A stretch of DNA of 64,000 nt, from the NCBI GenBank assembly GCA_965199715.1, contig OZ241322.1:1472001-1536000 (forward strand), in the 5' to 3' direction. The position numbers and the translations under genes were made by a program. The stretch is from Vicinamibacteria bacterium. Its GTDB lineage: Bacteria > Acidobacteriota > Vicinamibacteria > Marinacidobacterales > Marinacidobacteraceae. Below, in pieces: positions 11,898 to 26,542 of the stretch. Each line of letters starts with the position of its first letter. Position 1 is the stretch's first letter. The notes under the pieces are model-generated. The model saw only the letters and a program-made list of their open reading frames with translations, was not told where the DNA came from and made no database searches.

Positions 11898-13244
11898 ATG
11901 CTCCTCGCCAGCACCCTTCCGGCGGCGCGCGAGGGGACCGCGACGATGTGGGAAGAGGCGCTTGGGATCCTCCGGAAACAGCTTCCGGCTTCCGAATTCC
12001 GGAGGTGGTTCGCTCCGACGGAGTCGCCCGGCGAGGACGGCGGATCCGTCGTGGTGCGGGTGCCCGGCGCGGCGTTCGCCGAGCGGCTCCGGACGTACTA
12101 CGGCGCCCACGTCCGGGACGCGCTGGAACGCGTCGGAGCCGGCGACTTCGAAGTGCGCTTCATCCTCGGGGAGACGCCCGACGAGGCTGTAGCCCGGGCG
12201 CCGCAATCCGCCGGGACCCTCGCCGAGAGCGAGCCGGTTTCGGACCGGTGCACCTTTGGGAGCTTCGTCGTGGGCGCCGCGAACCGCAGCGCGTGGGCGG
12301 CGGCGAGAGAGGCGAGCGAACCCGGGACCGCCGACTCGCCCTACAACCCGCTGCTGATCCACGGCGACGTCGGAGTCGGCAAGACCCACCTGCTGCAGGC
12401 CATCGCCGCCCGGGTGCGCCGCGAGTCGCCGCGGGCCCGGGTGCTCCTGACCCGGGGCGAGTCCTTCACCCGTCAGGTCGTCCACGCCGTCCGCTCGCAG
12501 GAGCTCTACGCCTTTCGGGACCAGTGCCGCAGGGTGGACATGCTGCTCGTGGACGACGTGCAGTTCCTCGCCGGGCTCGATCGGTTCGGGCGCACCACCG
12601 AGGAGTTCTTCCACACCCTGAACGCGCTTACCGACCGGGGCCGCCAGGTGGTCCTCACCGCGAACGCCCATCCGCAGGAACTGACGGCGATGGATCCGCG
12701 CATTCGGACCCGGCTCGCGGCCGGACTCACCGCCGACATGGGCTGCCCCGACTGGGAGACGCGGGTGTCGATCGTGCGCCGCCGGGCGGACGAGGTCGGA
12801 GCGGAGCTTCCCCGAGCGGCGGCCGAGCTGATCGCGTCGCGCGTGCGCCACAACGTGCGGGCGCTGGTGGGCGCCGTCAACCAGATCGTGACCGCGGCCC
12901 GGGTCCACGAGATCGAGATCACGAAGGAGCTCGCCTCGGACGTCCTCGTCCACGGCGGGAGGCCGTCCATGACAATCAGCCAGGTTCTCGTCAAGACCGC
13001 GAGCGAGTTCGGATTCGCGCCGAACCGGCTCCGCGGGCCGCAGCGGCAGCGCGACCTCGTGCTGGCCCGCCACGTTGCGATGTTCCTGTGCCGCGAAATG
13101 ACGCGAAGCACCCTCACCGACATCGGCCGCGCCTTCAACCGGGATCACTCCACGGTGTCCTACAGCGTGAAGCGGGTCGAGGACCTGCGCGGCGATCCGG
13201 GGCTCGAGCGCGTGCTCGAGCGGCTCGAGCGCCAGCTCCGCTGA
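11898..13244 (+). CDS. dnaA: chromosomal replication initiator DnaA
   Basis: YNPLLIHGDVGVGKTHL, LLVDDVQFL, EEFFHTLN, RDHSTV; start may be ATG 11946. Confidence 0.98.
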   Translation: MLLASTLPAAREGTATMWEEALGILRKQLPASEFRRWFAPTESPGEDGGSVVVRVPGAAFAERLRTYYGAHVRDALERVGAGDFEVRFILGETPDEAVARAPQSAGTLAESEPVSDRCTFGSFVVGAANRSAWAAAREASEPGTADSPYNPLLIHGDVGVGKTHLLQAIAARVRRESPRARVLLTRGESFTRQVVHAVRSQELYAFRDQCRRVDMLLVDDVQFLAGLDRFGRTTEEFFHTLNALTDRGRQVVLTANAHPQELTAMDPRIRTRLAAGLTADMGCPDWETRVSIVRRRADEVGAELPRAAAELIASRVRHNVRALVGAVNQIVTAARVHEIEITKELASDVLVHGGRPSMTISQVLVKTASEFGFAPNRLRGPQRQRDLVLARHVAMFLCREMTRSTLTDIGRAFNRDHSTVSYSVKRVEDLRGDPGLERVLERLERQLR

Positions 13245-13571
13245 GCGCTTCGGGATGGGGATAACCTGTGGAAAACCTGTGGAAAACGCGGGGAAACTCG
13301 GGGAGACTCGCGAGGGTTCGCGAGGCCCCCGGCTCAAGGGTGGGTTCCCAAGACGTTCCCAACACGTTTTTCCCAAGTGCATCATCTGTCTATCTCCATG
13401 ATTCAGATTGATTTGCATCATTTTTCCCGAAAGCTCGCGGCGCCTTAATCAGAAGGGTTGGATAAGGTATGATTCCGTCTCCCTCTACTACTGTTTCCAA
13501 GGTCCGAAGCAGGTTCTGAAAGCGCCTTTGGGCCAGGCGACGCCCGGTCCGATCGGGAGGGCCGCTTCTCT
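13245..13571. promoter_or_regulatory. replication origin oriC
   Basis: dnaA-dnaN spacer with DnaA-box-like TGGGGATAA 13256, TGTGGAAAA 13267 and 13278, GTTGGATAA 13457; AT-rich tract about 13380-13470; CTACTACT trio-like run near 13485. Confidence 0.85.
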
Positions 13572-17197
<3,626 letters not shown>

Positions 17198-17204
17198 GGC
17201 GGGC

Positions 17205-19760
17205 ATGGCGGGCGAGACGAACGGCGCCGCCCGCGATTCGTGGGCGCAGGAGGAGCGGATTCGGCACATCGAAGCCGAGATGAAGCAGTCCTACATGGAC
17301 TACGCCATGTCGGTGATCATCGGGCGGGCGCTCCCCGACGTCCGCGACGGGCTGAAACCGGGCCAACGCCGGGTGCTCTACGCGATGTACCGGGAGGGCC
17401 TGCTCCCGTCCCGGGCGCACTCGAAGTGCGCCGGCATCGTGGGCGAGGTCCTCAAGAAGTACCACCCGCACGGCGACCAGTCGGTGTACGACACGCTGGT
17501 CCGCATGGCGCAGGACTTCAACCTGCGCCACCCGCTCATCGACGGCAAGGGGAACTTCGGCTCGGTGGACGGCGATCCGCCCGCCGCCTACCGGTACACC
17601 GAGGCGCGGCTGACCCCGTTCGCGGTGGGCATGATGGAGGACATCGACCGGGACACGGTCGATTTCGGGCCCAACTTCGACGGCAAGGCGACCGAGCCCG
17701 AGGTCCTGCCCACGGTCGTTCCGAACCTGCTCGTGAACGGCTCCGACGGCATCGCGGTCGGGATGGCCACCAAGATCCCGCCGCACAACCTGCGCGAGGT
17801 CACCGCGGCGTTCCTCCACGTCATCCGCAACCAGGACCAGCCCGACGACGCCCTGAACCGGAAGCTGCTGGAGCTGTTGCCCGGCCCCGACTTCCCGACC
17901 GGCGCCCGCATCCACGGCCGCCACGGAATCCGGCGCGCCTACCTCACCGGGCGGGGCGTCATCCAGGTGCGCGCCGTCGCCGACTTCGAGGACATCTCGG
18001 GGAACCGGACCGCCATCGTCGTCACCGAGATTCCCTACCAGGTCAACAAGACACGGCTCATCGAGAAGATCGCCGACCTGGTCAAGGACAAGCGCGTCAC
18101 CGGGATCTCGGACATCCGCGACGAGTCCGACCGCCGCGGGATGCGCATCGTGCTGGAGCTCAAGCGCGGCGAGGAGCCGCAGGTCATCCTGAACAACCTG
18201 TACCGCCACACCCCGCTCCAGAGCTCGTTCGGGATCAACCTGCTGGCCATCGCCGACCGGCGTCCGCGCCTCTTCCCGCTGCTGGACATGCTCCGGGCGT
18301 TCCTCGGGTTCCGGCGCGGCGTCGTCCGGCGGCGGCTCCAGTTCGAGCTCCGCCGCGCCGCCGCGCGGCTCCACCTGCTCGCGGGCCTCGCCTCGGCCGT
18401 GGATCGGCTGGACGAGGTGATCGCGTGGATCCGGACCTCGCGGAATCCGGACGAGGCCCGTCAGCGGCTGAAGGCCAACCTGCGGCCCGCCGAGCTGCGC
18501 ATCGACCGGGAGCTGCTCGCGCGCGCCGGCGTCCCCCCTTCCGACGGAGTCCTCTCGGACGAGCAGGCGCAGGCCACCCTCGACATGCGCCTCCAGCGGC
18601 TCACCCGGTTGGAGCGCGAGAAGGTGCGGGCGGAGATGGACGATCTCGAGGCCCGGATTTCCGGGCTCGTCGAGACGCTGGGGGATCCGGCGCGGATCGA
18701 CGCGATCGTCGCCGAGGAGGCCGAGAAGGCCGCCGCCACCCACGGGAACGACCGCCGCACCGAGGTCGTGGACGCCGCCACCGACCTGACCAAGGAGGAT
18801 CTCATCCCGGTCGAGGACATCGTCGTGTCGGTCACCCAGGGCGGCTACATCAAGCGGACCGCGCTCAGCGAGTACCGCGCCCAGTCCCGCGGCGGCACCG
18901 GGCACTCGGGGGCCGGGATCCGGTCGGGCGACCAGATCCGCAGCCTCATCGTCGGCAACACGCACAGCAAGCTGCTCTTCATCAGCGACGACGGGATCGC
19001 TTACTGCCTGAAGGGGTACCAGATTCCCGAGGGCGGCAAGGCCGGCGTCGGTCGGGCGATCGTGAACCTGCTGCAGCTTCCCAAGGGCCGGCAGGTGATC
19101 GCGTTCTGCCCGACGCCGGACGAGCCGGGGGACAAGGAGTGCCTCTTCTTCGCGACCCGCGGTGGCCGGGTCAAGCGCACCAGCCTCGCGGCGTTCGGCA
19201 ACGTCCGCCAGAACGGGCTGCGGGCCATCCGGATCCAGCCGGGCGACGCGCTCCTCGCCGCGAACCTGACGGGAGGCTGCGGCGAGATCGCGCTCGCGAC
19301 CCGGGACGGCAAGGCCATCCGGTTCCCGGAGTCCGACGTGCGGGCGATGGGCCGCGACGCGATGGGGGTCAAGGGGATCACGCTTGGGCCCGCCGACGAG
19401 GTCGTGAGCCTCGTGACCGTGCCGCCGGGCGACGTTCCCGAGACCTCGCTCCTGACAGTGACCCGCAACGGCTACGGGAAGATGTCCGCGCTGGGCGCGT
19501 ACCGGTTCCAGAGGCGCGCCGGGCAGGGCGTCCTCAACATCGGATCGTCCTTGCGCAACGGCCCCGTGGTGGCCACGGTCGCGGTGGTTCCCGGGGTCGA
19601 TCTGATCGCGATCACCGCCGGCGGAAAGGCGGTCCGGATCCCGGTCCAGGACTTCCGCGACATCGGGCGGACGACCCAGGGAGTGCGCGTGATCCGGGTC
19701 CGGGACGACGACGCGCTGGTCTCCATCACCCGCATCGAGAACGGGGAGGACGAATCGTGA
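17205..19760 (+). CDS. gyrA: DNA gyrase subunit A
   Basis: [25 protein letters not shown] catalytic Tyr, GyrA-box QSRGGTG. Confidence 0.98.
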   Translation: MAGETNGAARDSWAQEERIRHIEAEMKQSYMDYAMSVIIGRALPDVRDGLKPGQRRVLYAMYREGLLPSRAHSKCAGIVGEVLKKYHPHGDQSVYDTLVRMAQDFNLRHPLIDGKGNFGSVDGDPPAAYRYTEARLTPFAVGMMEDIDRDTVDFGPNFDGKATEPEVLPTVVPNLLVNGSDGIAVGMATKIPPHNLREVTAAFLHVIRNQDQPDDALNRKLLELLPGPDFPTGARIHGRHGIRRAYLTGRGVIQVRAVADFEDISGNRTAIVVTEIPYQVNKTRLIEKIADLVKDKRVTGISDIRDESDRRGMRIVLELKRGEEPQVILNNLYRHTPLQSSFGINLLAIADRRPRLFPLLDMLRAFLGFRRGVVRRRLQFELRRAAARLHLLAGLASAVDRLDEVIAWIRTSRNPDEARQRLKANLRPAELRIDRELLARAGVPPSDGVLSDEQAQATLDMRLQRLTRLEREKVRAEMDDLEARISGLVETLGDPARIDAIVAEEAEKAAATHGNDRRTEVVDAATDLTKEDLIPVEDIVVSVTQGGYIKRTALSEYRAQSRGGTGHSGAGIRSGDQIRSLIVGNTHSKLLFISDDGIAYCLKGYQIPEGGKAGVGRAIVNLLQLPKGRQVIAFCPTPDEPGDKECLFFATRGGRVKRTSLAAFGNVRQNGLRAIRIQPGDALLAANLTGGCGEIALATRDGKAIRFPESDVRAMGRDAMGVKGITLGPADEVVSLVTVPPGDVPETSLLTVTRNGYGKMSALGAYRFQRRAGQGVLNIGSSLRNGPVVATVAVVPGVDLIAITAGGKAVRIPVQDFRDIGRTTQGVRVIRVRDDDALVSITRIENGEDES

Positions 19761-20425
19761 GACTTCGCTGGATCACGTTGGCCGCGGCGCTCTCGGCCTG
19801 TTCCCAGGCGCCGGAGGAGGCGCTCCTCGAGGAGTTCTTCCGGGGCGTGGAGCGCGGCGACCGGGTGCCCGCGTCGGGAATCGAACTGGAGGAGCTTCCG
19901 GTCGGAGAGATCGACTCGTGGGAGATCGTCGGCATGGGGCCGCAGACCGAGGGTCCGTACCGGATCCCCGAGCTGCGGGACGAGGTCGCCGCCGGCGAGA
20001 AGGCCCGCGACGAGCAGTTCCAGGTGCTCTACGCGTTCCGCCAGGCGAACCAGGAGGCGCTCTCCCGGATCGCCGACCTGCGCGCGGACGATCCCGAGCG
20101 CATGCCGAGCGGCCGGCTCGGCGAGGTCGCCGCGGAGTGGGACGCCTACGGAGCCGAGCGCCGCCGTCTCGTCCGCTCGATCAGCGAGCTCCAGATGGCG
20201 CTCGAGGACGAGCGCCGCCGCACCGGGCGCAGCCTGATGCGCGACGCGCAGGTGGACTACCTCACCGGGCGGGTGCTCGAGCGCGAGCTCACGGTGCGGA
20301 TCACCGGACCGGACGGCCCCCGCGACTTCCGCTTCCAGTTGATGCGGTACGAACTCGCGAACCAGTTCGACGCGGAAGTGCTCTCGCGCTGGATCATCGC
20401 CGGCCTCGAGCCGATCGACGGGTGA
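19757..20425 (+). CDS. hypothetical lipoprotein
   Basis: GTG overlaps the gyrA stop; [15 protein letters not shown] lipobox; coiled-coil centre. Confidence 0.7.
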   Translation: MRLRWITLAAALSACSQAPEEALLEEFFRGVERGDRVPASGIELEELPVGEIDSWEIVGMGPQTEGPYRIPELRDEVAAGEKARDEQFQVLYAFRQANQEALSRIADLRADDPERMPSGRLGEVAAEWDAYGAERRRLVRSISELQMALEDERRRTGRSLMRDAQVDYLTGRVLERELTVRITGPDGPRDFRFQLMRYELANQFDAEVLSRWIIAGLEPIDG

Positions 20426-20967
20426 GCGACCGCGCCGCGCTGCTCGACGTCCTGCGGCGGGAGGCCGTCCGCCACGGGGAATTCACGCTCGCGTCGGGGA
20501 AGCGCAGCAACGTGTACGTGGACGTGCGGCTCGCGTCGCTCCGGTCGGACGCGGCGCCGCTGATCGGGCGGCTGCTCCTTGACGAGATGGACCGCCGGGG
20601 CTTCGCGCCCCGCGCCGTCGGCGGCATGGCCACCGGCGCGATCCCGCTGGTCGCGGCCGTCGTGACCGCCGCCGCCGCAAGGAGCCGGACGCTGATCGGC
20701 TTCTACGTCCGCAAGGAGTCGCGCGAGCACGGCCGGGAGCGGCTCGTGGAAGGGGTCGAACGTCCGTCGGGCGAAGCGGTCGTCCTCGAGGACACCGCCT
20801 CCACCGGCGGCTCGCTGCTGCGGGCCGTCCGGGCGGCGCAAGCCGCCGGCTTCGCCGTGTCCTTCGCCCTCGCGCTCGTGGACCGGGACATGGGGGCGGA
20901 AGCCGCGCTTCAAGCCGAGGGCGTTCCCTTCGGCGCGCTCTTCCGGCTGCGCGAACTGACCGGATAG
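20422..20967 (+). CDS. pyrE: orotate phosphoribosyltransferase
   Basis: GEFTLASGKRSNVYVD, YVRKE..EHG, VVLEDTASTGGS PRPP motif. Confidence 0.93.
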   Translation: MSDRAALLDVLRREAVRHGEFTLASGKRSNVYVDVRLASLRSDAAPLIGRLLLDEMDRRGFAPRAVGGMATGAIPLVAAVVTAAAARSRTLIGFYVRKESREHGRERLVEGVERPSGEAVVLEDTASTGGSLLRAVRAAQAAGFAVSFALALVDRDMGAEAALQAEGVPFGALFRLRELTG

Positions 20968-20980
20968 GCTTTTTCGCCCC

Positions 20981-22462
20981 ATGAAGCTCTTCCTTCTCCC
21001 GCTTCTGCTCCTCCCGGCGCTCGCTCCGGCGCAGGAGCGCGATCTGGACCTCGTCATCGCCCGCGGCCGGGTGATCGACCCGGAGACCGGCCTCGACGGC
21101 GTGCGCGACGTGGGGATCCTCCGCAACGAGATCGTGGCGATCTCGCGCGAGCGGCTCCAGAACCGGCTGCGCCAGGGCGGCGTCCTGCTCGACGCCGAGG
21201 GAAAGGTGGTGAGCCCCGGGTTCATCGACCTGCACGCCCACGGCCAGTCGGTGGAGGCGAACCGCTTCCAGGCGATGGACGGGGTGACGACGGCGCTGGA
21301 GCTCGAGGGCGGCGCGCCCCGGATGGCGACGTTCCTCGAGTCGCGCAAGGGGTCGGCGATCCTCCACTACGGGGCCACGGTGGCCCATGGCGGGCTTCGC
21401 CTGCTCGGCGTTCCGGCGCTCCGGGACGACGTCGCGTCCATCCTCGAAGCCGAGAGCACCGGCGCCGAGCTGGTGCTCGACCAGGCGCAGGTGCTGCGCG
21501 AGGGCAACTACGCCGCCGTCGAGGACACGCAGGCGGTGCATGACGCCATCGAGGCCGAGCTGCGGGCCGGCGGGCTCGGCGTCGGCATGCCCCACCAGTA
21601 CTACCCGGGGGCGGACCACACCGAGATCTTCCAGCTCTTCGAGTTCGCCGCCGGGATGGATGTCCCGATCTACACCCACGTCCGCGACATGGCCGTCTCG
21701 GCGATCCAGGAGGTGCTCGCGAACGCGCTCGCGACCGGCGCGCCGCTCCACATCGTCCACCTGAACAGTTCCAGCCTGCACCACCTCCCGGTCACGCTTG
21801 ACCTCATCGCCGGCGCCCGCGCCGCCGGAGTGGACGTGACCACCGAGGCGTATCCCTACACCGCGGCCTCCACCGGAATCTCCTCGGCGCTCTTCGACGA
21901 GGGCTGGCAGGAGAAGCTGGGGATGACCTACGGCGACGTCCAGTGGCAGGACACCGGCGAGCGGCTCACCGAGGAGACGTTCCACTTCTTCCGCCAGGAA
22001 GGCGGCACGGTGATCCTCCACATGATGGACCCGGAGATGATCGAGCTGGCGATGCGGACCTCGTTCGTGATGGTCGCCTCCGACGGCATGCCCTACGCGC
22101 CGGGGGCGCACCCCCGCTCGGCGGGCACCTTCTCCCGCGTGCTCGGGCGCTACGTGCGCGACCAGCGGGTGCTGACGCTCCATGACGCGCTCCGGCGGAT
22201 GACGCTGATGCCGGCGGAGCGGCTCGAGCCGATGGCGCCGGTGATGCGCCGAAAGGGACGGATCCAGGTCGGCGCCATCGCCGACGTCACGGTGTTCGAC
22301 CCGGACACGATCATCGACACCGCCAACTTCGAGGATGACCTCAGCTTCTCCGAGGGCGTGGAGCACGTGCTCGTGGACGGCGTCCCGGTGGTTCGGGACG
22401 GCGCGCTCGTCGAGGGCGTCTTTCCGGGCAAGCCGCTCCTCGGCCGGTACGCGTCCGAGTAG
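20981..22462 (+). CDS. secreted amidohydrolase, N-acyl-D-amino-acid deacylase family
   Basis: Signal peptide; PGFIDLHAH, EAYPYTA, ASDG, HPRSAGTF, ADVTVFDP. Confidence 0.85.
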   Translation: MKLFLLPLLLLPALAPAQERDLDLVIARGRVIDPETGLDGVRDVGILRNEIVAISRERLQNRLRQGGVLLDAEGKVVSPGFIDLHAHGQSVEANRFQAMDGVTTALELEGGAPRMATFLESRKGSAILHYGATVAHGGLRLLGVPALRDDVASILEAESTGAELVLDQAQVLREGNYAAVEDTQAVHDAIEAELRAGGLGVGMPHQYYPGADHTEIFQLFEFAAGMDVPIYTHVRDMAVSAIQEVLANALATGAPLHIVHLNSSSLHHLPVTLDLIAGARAAGVDVTTEAYPYTAASTGISSALFDEGWQEKLGMTYGDVQWQDTGERLTEETFHFFRQEGGTVILHMMDPEMIELAMRTSFVMVASDGMPYAPGAHPRSAGTFSRVLGRYVRDQRVLTLHDALRRMTLMPAERLEPMAPVMRRKGRIQVGAIADVTVFDPDTIIDTANFEDDLSFSEGVEHVLVDGVPVVRDGALVEGVFPGKPLLGRYASE

Positions 22463-22475
22463 CGCCGGCGGATCC

Positions 22476-23177
22476 ATGGCCGTCCGCCGTTTCCTCCTGC
22501 TGCAGGTCCGCAGCGCGGACGACCCCATGGGGGAGCACGAGCGGGCCGCGTTCCGGGCGGCGCTCGGAGCCGCCCCGGGAGACCTGGACGCCTGGAACCT
22601 CCTCGACGGCGGCCCCGGGCGGGAGCGCCTGAAGGCCGCCGACATGGTGCTGGTCGGCGGCAGCGAGCATTCGGTCGCCGAGGGGCGCGAAGCGCCGTGG
22701 ATCACGGGCGCGCTCGGGACGATGGAGTCGCTGGTGCGGAACGAGAAGCCTGCGTTCGCGTCGTGCTGGGGATTCCAGGCGCTCGCCCGCGCGCTCGGCG
22801 GGCGAGTGGTCACCGATCCGGACCTCGCCGAGCTGGGCGTCCTGACGCTGCGCCTCACCGGGGCCGGGGCCCGGGACCCGCTGTTCGCCGACCTCGGCCC
22901 GTCCTTCCGGGCGGTCATCGGCCACGAGGACTCCGTGGCCGAGCTTCCTCCGGGGGCCGTCGGCCTCGCGTCGTCCCCGAGAGCGGAACACGCGGCCTTC
23001 GCGATTCCCGGAGTTCCGCTCTACGCGACCCAGTTCCACCCGGAGCTGGACCGGGCCGGCCTCGCCGCCCGGCTACGCCGCTATCCCCGTTATCGGGACC
23101 TGGGACCGGTGGAGGACGAGGATCCGACGCCGGCCGTGGGCCGCCTGCTGCGCCGGGCCATGGAGACGATGACGTGA
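22476..23177 (+). CDS. class I glutamine amidotransferase-like protein
   Basis: SCWGFQ nucleophile elbow, HEDSV, TQFHPE. Confidence 0.88.
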   Translation: MAVRRFLLLQVRSADDPMGEHERAAFRAALGAAPGDLDAWNLLDGGPGRERLKAADMVLVGGSEHSVAEGREAPWITGALGTMESLVRNEKPAFASCWGFQALARALGGRVVTDPDLAELGVLTLRLTGAGARDPLFADLGPSFRAVIGHEDSVAELPPGAVGLASSPRAEHAAFAIPGVPLYATQFHPELDRAGLAARLRRYPRYRDLGPVEDEDPTPAVGRLLRRAMETMT

Positions 23178-24520
23178 CCGACTGGCTGGACCGCTTCTTC
23201 CGGATCCACGAGCGCCGGAGCACGCCGCAGCGCGAGTTCCTCGCGGGCGCGACGACGTGGCTGGCGCTCTCCTACATCATCCTCGTGAACCCGATCGTGC
23301 TCGGCGCGACCGGGATGGACGTGGGCTCGGTCATGGTGGCGACGGCGGTCGGCGCGGCGATCTCGACGCTCGCCGCCGGACTCCTCTCCCGGCTTCCGGT
23401 GGCGCTCGCGCCCGGCATGGGGCTCAACTTCTTCTTCGCGTTCACCCTATGCGGCTCGGCGGCCGCGGGCGGATTCGGACTGACCTGGCAGCAGGCGCTC
23501 GCCGCCACCCTGATCTCCGGCGTCCTGTTCCTGCTGAGCGCGACGATCCGGCTGCGGGCGCGGCTTCTGGAGATCATCCCGCCGCCGCTGCGCCACGCCA
23601 TCGCCGCGGGGATCGGCCTCATGATCGCGCTCATCGGGTTGCGCTGGGCCGGTCTTCTGGCCCCCAACCCGGCGACGTACATCGGGCTCGGCGACTTCGG
23701 CTCACGCCCGGTCCAGGCCGCCGCAGTCGGTCTCCTGGTCACCGCGCTGCTCGTCGTCCGGCGGTTCCCCGGAGCCCTCATCCTCGGCGGAGCGACCTCC
23801 GGCGCGCTGGCTCTCGCGTTCGGGCTCACCGAGTTCACCGGCGTCGTGTCCGCGCCGCCCTCGCTCGCCCCCACCTTCCTCGCCTTCGACTTCGCCGGGC
23901 TGTTCGCGGCGCCGACGTGGATCGCCGCGGTCGCGACGCTGCTCTTCGTGGACATGTTCGACACCGTCGGGACGCTGCTCGCCGTCGGCTACCGGGCGCG
24001 CCTGCTCGACGAGGAGGGGCGTCTCCCGAGGGCGGAGGCGGCGCTCGCGTCCGACGCCGGGGGCACGATCGTCGGCAGCGCGCTCGGCACCTCCACGATC
24101 ACGACCTACATCGAAAGCGCCGCCGGAGCGGCCGCCGGTGGGCGGACCGGCCTCGCGTCGGTGACCACGTCGGCGCTCCTTCTCGGCGCGGTGTTCCTCC
24201 ACCCGCTCCTGTCGGTCGTGGCCCCGGTCCCGACCGAAGACGGCCTCACGCTCTATCCGGTCGTCGCCCCCATCCTCATCATGATCGGCGTCCTGATGAT
24301 GCCCGAGCTCGGGAAGATCGTCTGGGAACGCCCGCTCAACTCGATACCGGCGGCGTGCGTGATCCTCGGGATGCCGTTCACGACCAGCATCACGAACGGA
24401 ATCGGGGCAGGCTTCATCGCGTGGTCGGCGCTCCACCTCATCGCCGACCGCAGCCGCGAGGAGACGACCATCTGGACCCACGTGATCGCGGGCGCGTTCC
24501 TGGTCCTGTTCCTCATCTGA
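23174..24520 (+). CDS. NCS2/AzgA-family purine permease
   Basis: YIILVNP, LAPGMGLN, DMFDTVGT, YIESAAG..GGRTGL; many TM segments. Confidence 0.92.
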   Translation: MTDWLDRFFRIHERRSTPQREFLAGATTWLALSYIILVNPIVLGATGMDVGSVMVATAVGAAISTLAAGLLSRLPVALAPGMGLNFFFAFTLCGSAAAGGFGLTWQQALAATLISGVLFLLSATIRLRARLLEIIPPPLRHAIAAGIGLMIALIGLRWAGLLAPNPATYIGLGDFGSRPVQAAAVGLLVTALLVVRRFPGALILGGATSGALALAFGLTEFTGVVSAPPSLAPTFLAFDFAGLFAAPTWIAAVATLLFVDMFDTVGTLLAVGYRARLLDEEGRLPRAEAALASDAGGTIVGSALGTSTITTYIESAAGAAAGGRTGLASVTTSALLLGAVFLHPLLSVVAPVPTEDGLTLYPVVAPILIMIGVLMMPELGKIVWERPLNSIPAACVILGMPFTTSITNGIGAGFIAWSALHLIADRSREETTIWTHVIAGAFLVLFLI

Positions 24521-26542
24521 TCAGGCCGGCTCGAGCCGTGCGTACGCGACGACGAGGCGCCGCCGCCCGTGGTGGCGGAACAGCACCGTGACCCGCGAGC
24601 CGTCCGGGTCGGCGGATTCGATCCGGCCGACGCCGAAGCGGGCATGGCGGACGGACATCCCGCGCCGGAACCGGCCGCCGGCGGCCGCCGGGCGGCCCTT
24701 CGCGTTCGCGAACAGCTCCCTCGGAATCTCCGCGAGGAAGCGCGAGGGCGCGTCCTTCTCCCGTCGCCACGGGCTCCGCCCGGGCGCGGCGAGCAGGTAG
24801 AGCGCGCTCCGGGCGCGGGTGATCCCCACGTAGAACAGCCGCCGCTCCTCCTCCATGTTGTCCAAGCCGAGCGAGTGCGGAAACACTCCCTCCCAGAGGC
24901 CGCCGAGGAACACGGTGTCGAACTCGAGGCCCTTCGCCGCGTGGACGGTCATGACGAGCACCGGGGGATCGCCCTCGTCGCCGATGAAGTCCTCCGCCGA
25001 GAGCAGGCTCACCTGATCCAGCCACTCGAGCGTCGTCGCGCTCTCGTTGAGCCGCGCGAAATCCGCCGCCCCGCTCTTGAGCGAGACGAGGTTCTCGAGG
25101 CGCTCCGGGTCCTGGCGCTCGTAGTGCGGGCCGAGGCCGGTCGCCTCGACCGCCGCTTCGGCCGCCTTCGCCGGCCCGGACTCGACGGCGGCCCGGACCC
25201 GCTCGATCCCCTCGAGGAACGCCCGCAGGCCCCGCACGGCTCCCCGAGCCAGCCCGCGCTCCCCGACCAGCGCCTCGGACGCGGCCAACAGCGACGACCC
25301 GTCCGCCGCGGCGCGCTTCTCGATGGACTTGAGCGAGGCGTCGCCCACGCCGCGCGAAAGCGACCCGACGGCGCGGCGAAAGGCCACGTCGTTTTCCGGC
25401 AGGACCGCGAGCTGCACGTGGGCGCGCGCGTCGAGAACTTCCTTGCGCTCGTAGAAGCGCAGTCCGCCGATGACCCGATGCGGCACCCGGTGCGCGGCGA
25501 AGGCCTCTTCGTAGGCGCGGGTCTGGGCGCGGGTGCGCAGCAGCACGGCCGCCTCGCCCCGATCGGCGCCGAGCCGGGCCGCTTCCGCCGCCGCGAAGTG
25601 CGCTTCCCCGGTCTCGGCCGCGAAGACGCTCAGCGTGATGGGCCGTCCGAGCCCGGCCACCGCCCGAAGCTCCTTGCCGTGCCGCCGGCGGTTCTTCGAA
25701 ATGACCGCGTTCGCGGCGCACAGAATCGTGCCCGAGGAGCGGTAGTTCTCCTCGAGGCGGAAGACCCGGGCGCCGGGGAAGTCGCGCTCGAACCGCAGGA
25801 TGTTCTCGAAGTCCGCGCCCCGGAACGAGTAGATCGACTGGTCGTCGTCCCCCACCGCGAAGACGTCATGGCCGGGGCACAGCTCCTCGACCATTTGGTA
25901 CTGGAGCGGGCTCGTGTCCTGGTACTCGTCCACGTGCAGGATTTCAGCCCGCCGCCGGGCGAAGTCCCGCGCGGCCGGCGACTTCCGCAGCAGCGCCAGC
26001 GGCTGGATGATGAGGTCGTCGAAGTCCGCCGCGCCGGTCCGGGCGAGCTCGTCCTGATAGGCCTCGAAGACGGAGCGGACCGCGCGGTCCTCCGGCCCCC
26101 GGGGGCGGCGAATCTCGCGCCCGGCGGCCACGGCGCACTTCATCTCCGACAGGCCCGAGCGCATCTTCCGGGGAGTGATGAGCTCCGGATCCACTCGGAG
26201 CTCGCGCCGGATGCGCTGGATGAGCGTCTTCGCGTCGTCCTCGCCGAGGACCGCGAACCCCTCGGGGAGGCCCATCTCCGCCCCGAAGAGGCGCAGGAGC
26301 CGCAACCCGATCGAGTGAAACGTCCCGACCCACGCCTGCTCGACCCGGTCGCGCAGTTCCCGGGCGGCCTTGTTCGTGAAGGTGACCGCGAGGATCGACT
26401 CCGGTTCCGCGCCGTTCTCGATCCGCCAGGCGATGCGCCGGGCGACGACCCGGGTCTTGCCCGATCCGGCTCCGGCGAGGACCAGCGTCGGTCCCGGCGG
26501 CGCGGTCACCGCCGCCTGCTGGGCCGTGTTGAGATCAGTCAT
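24521..26542 (-). CDS. uvrD: UvrD/PcrA superfamily 1 DNA helicase
   Basis: LAGAGSGKT, TFTNKAA, VDEYQD, VGDDDQSIYSFRGA, NYRS, TVHAAKGLEF, EEERRLFYVGITRA. Confidence 0.93.
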   Translation of the reverse strand: MTDLNTAQQAAVTAPPGPTLVLAGAGSGKTRVVARRIAWRIENGAEPESILAVTFTNKAARELRDRVEQAWVGTFHSIGLRLLRLFGAEMGLPEGFAVLGEDDAKTLIQRIRRELRVDPELITPRKMRSGLSEMKCAVAAGREIRRPRGPEDRAVRSVFEAYQDELARTGAADFDDLIIQPLALLRKSPAARDFARRRAEILHVDEYQDTSPLQYQMVEELCPGHDVFAVGDDDQSIYSFRGADFENILRFERDFPGARVFRLEENYRSSGTILCAANAVISKNRRRHGKELRAVAGLGRPITLSVFAAETGEAHFAAAEAARLGADRGEAAVLLRTRAQTRAYEEAFAAHRVPHRVIGGLRFYERKEVLDARAHVQLAVLPENDVAFRRAVGSLSRGVGDASLKSIEKRAAADGSSLLAASEALVGERGLARGAVRGLRAFLEGIERVRAAVESGPAKAAEAAVEATGLGPHYERQDPERLENLVSLKSGAADFARLNESATTLEWLDQVSLLSAEDFIGDEGDPPVLVMTVHAAKGLEFDTVFLGGLWEGVFPHSLGLDNMEEERRLFYVGITRARSALYLLAAPGRSPWRREKDAPSRFLAEIPRELFANAKGRPAAAGGRFRRGMSVRHARFGVGRIESADPDGSRVTVLFRHHGRRRLVVAYARLEPA

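Noticed and set aside
13256-13380. Short tandem repeats as a CRISPR array or iterons
   Set aside because: The 11-bp period has no spacers and fits DnaA boxes in the dnaA-dnaN spacer
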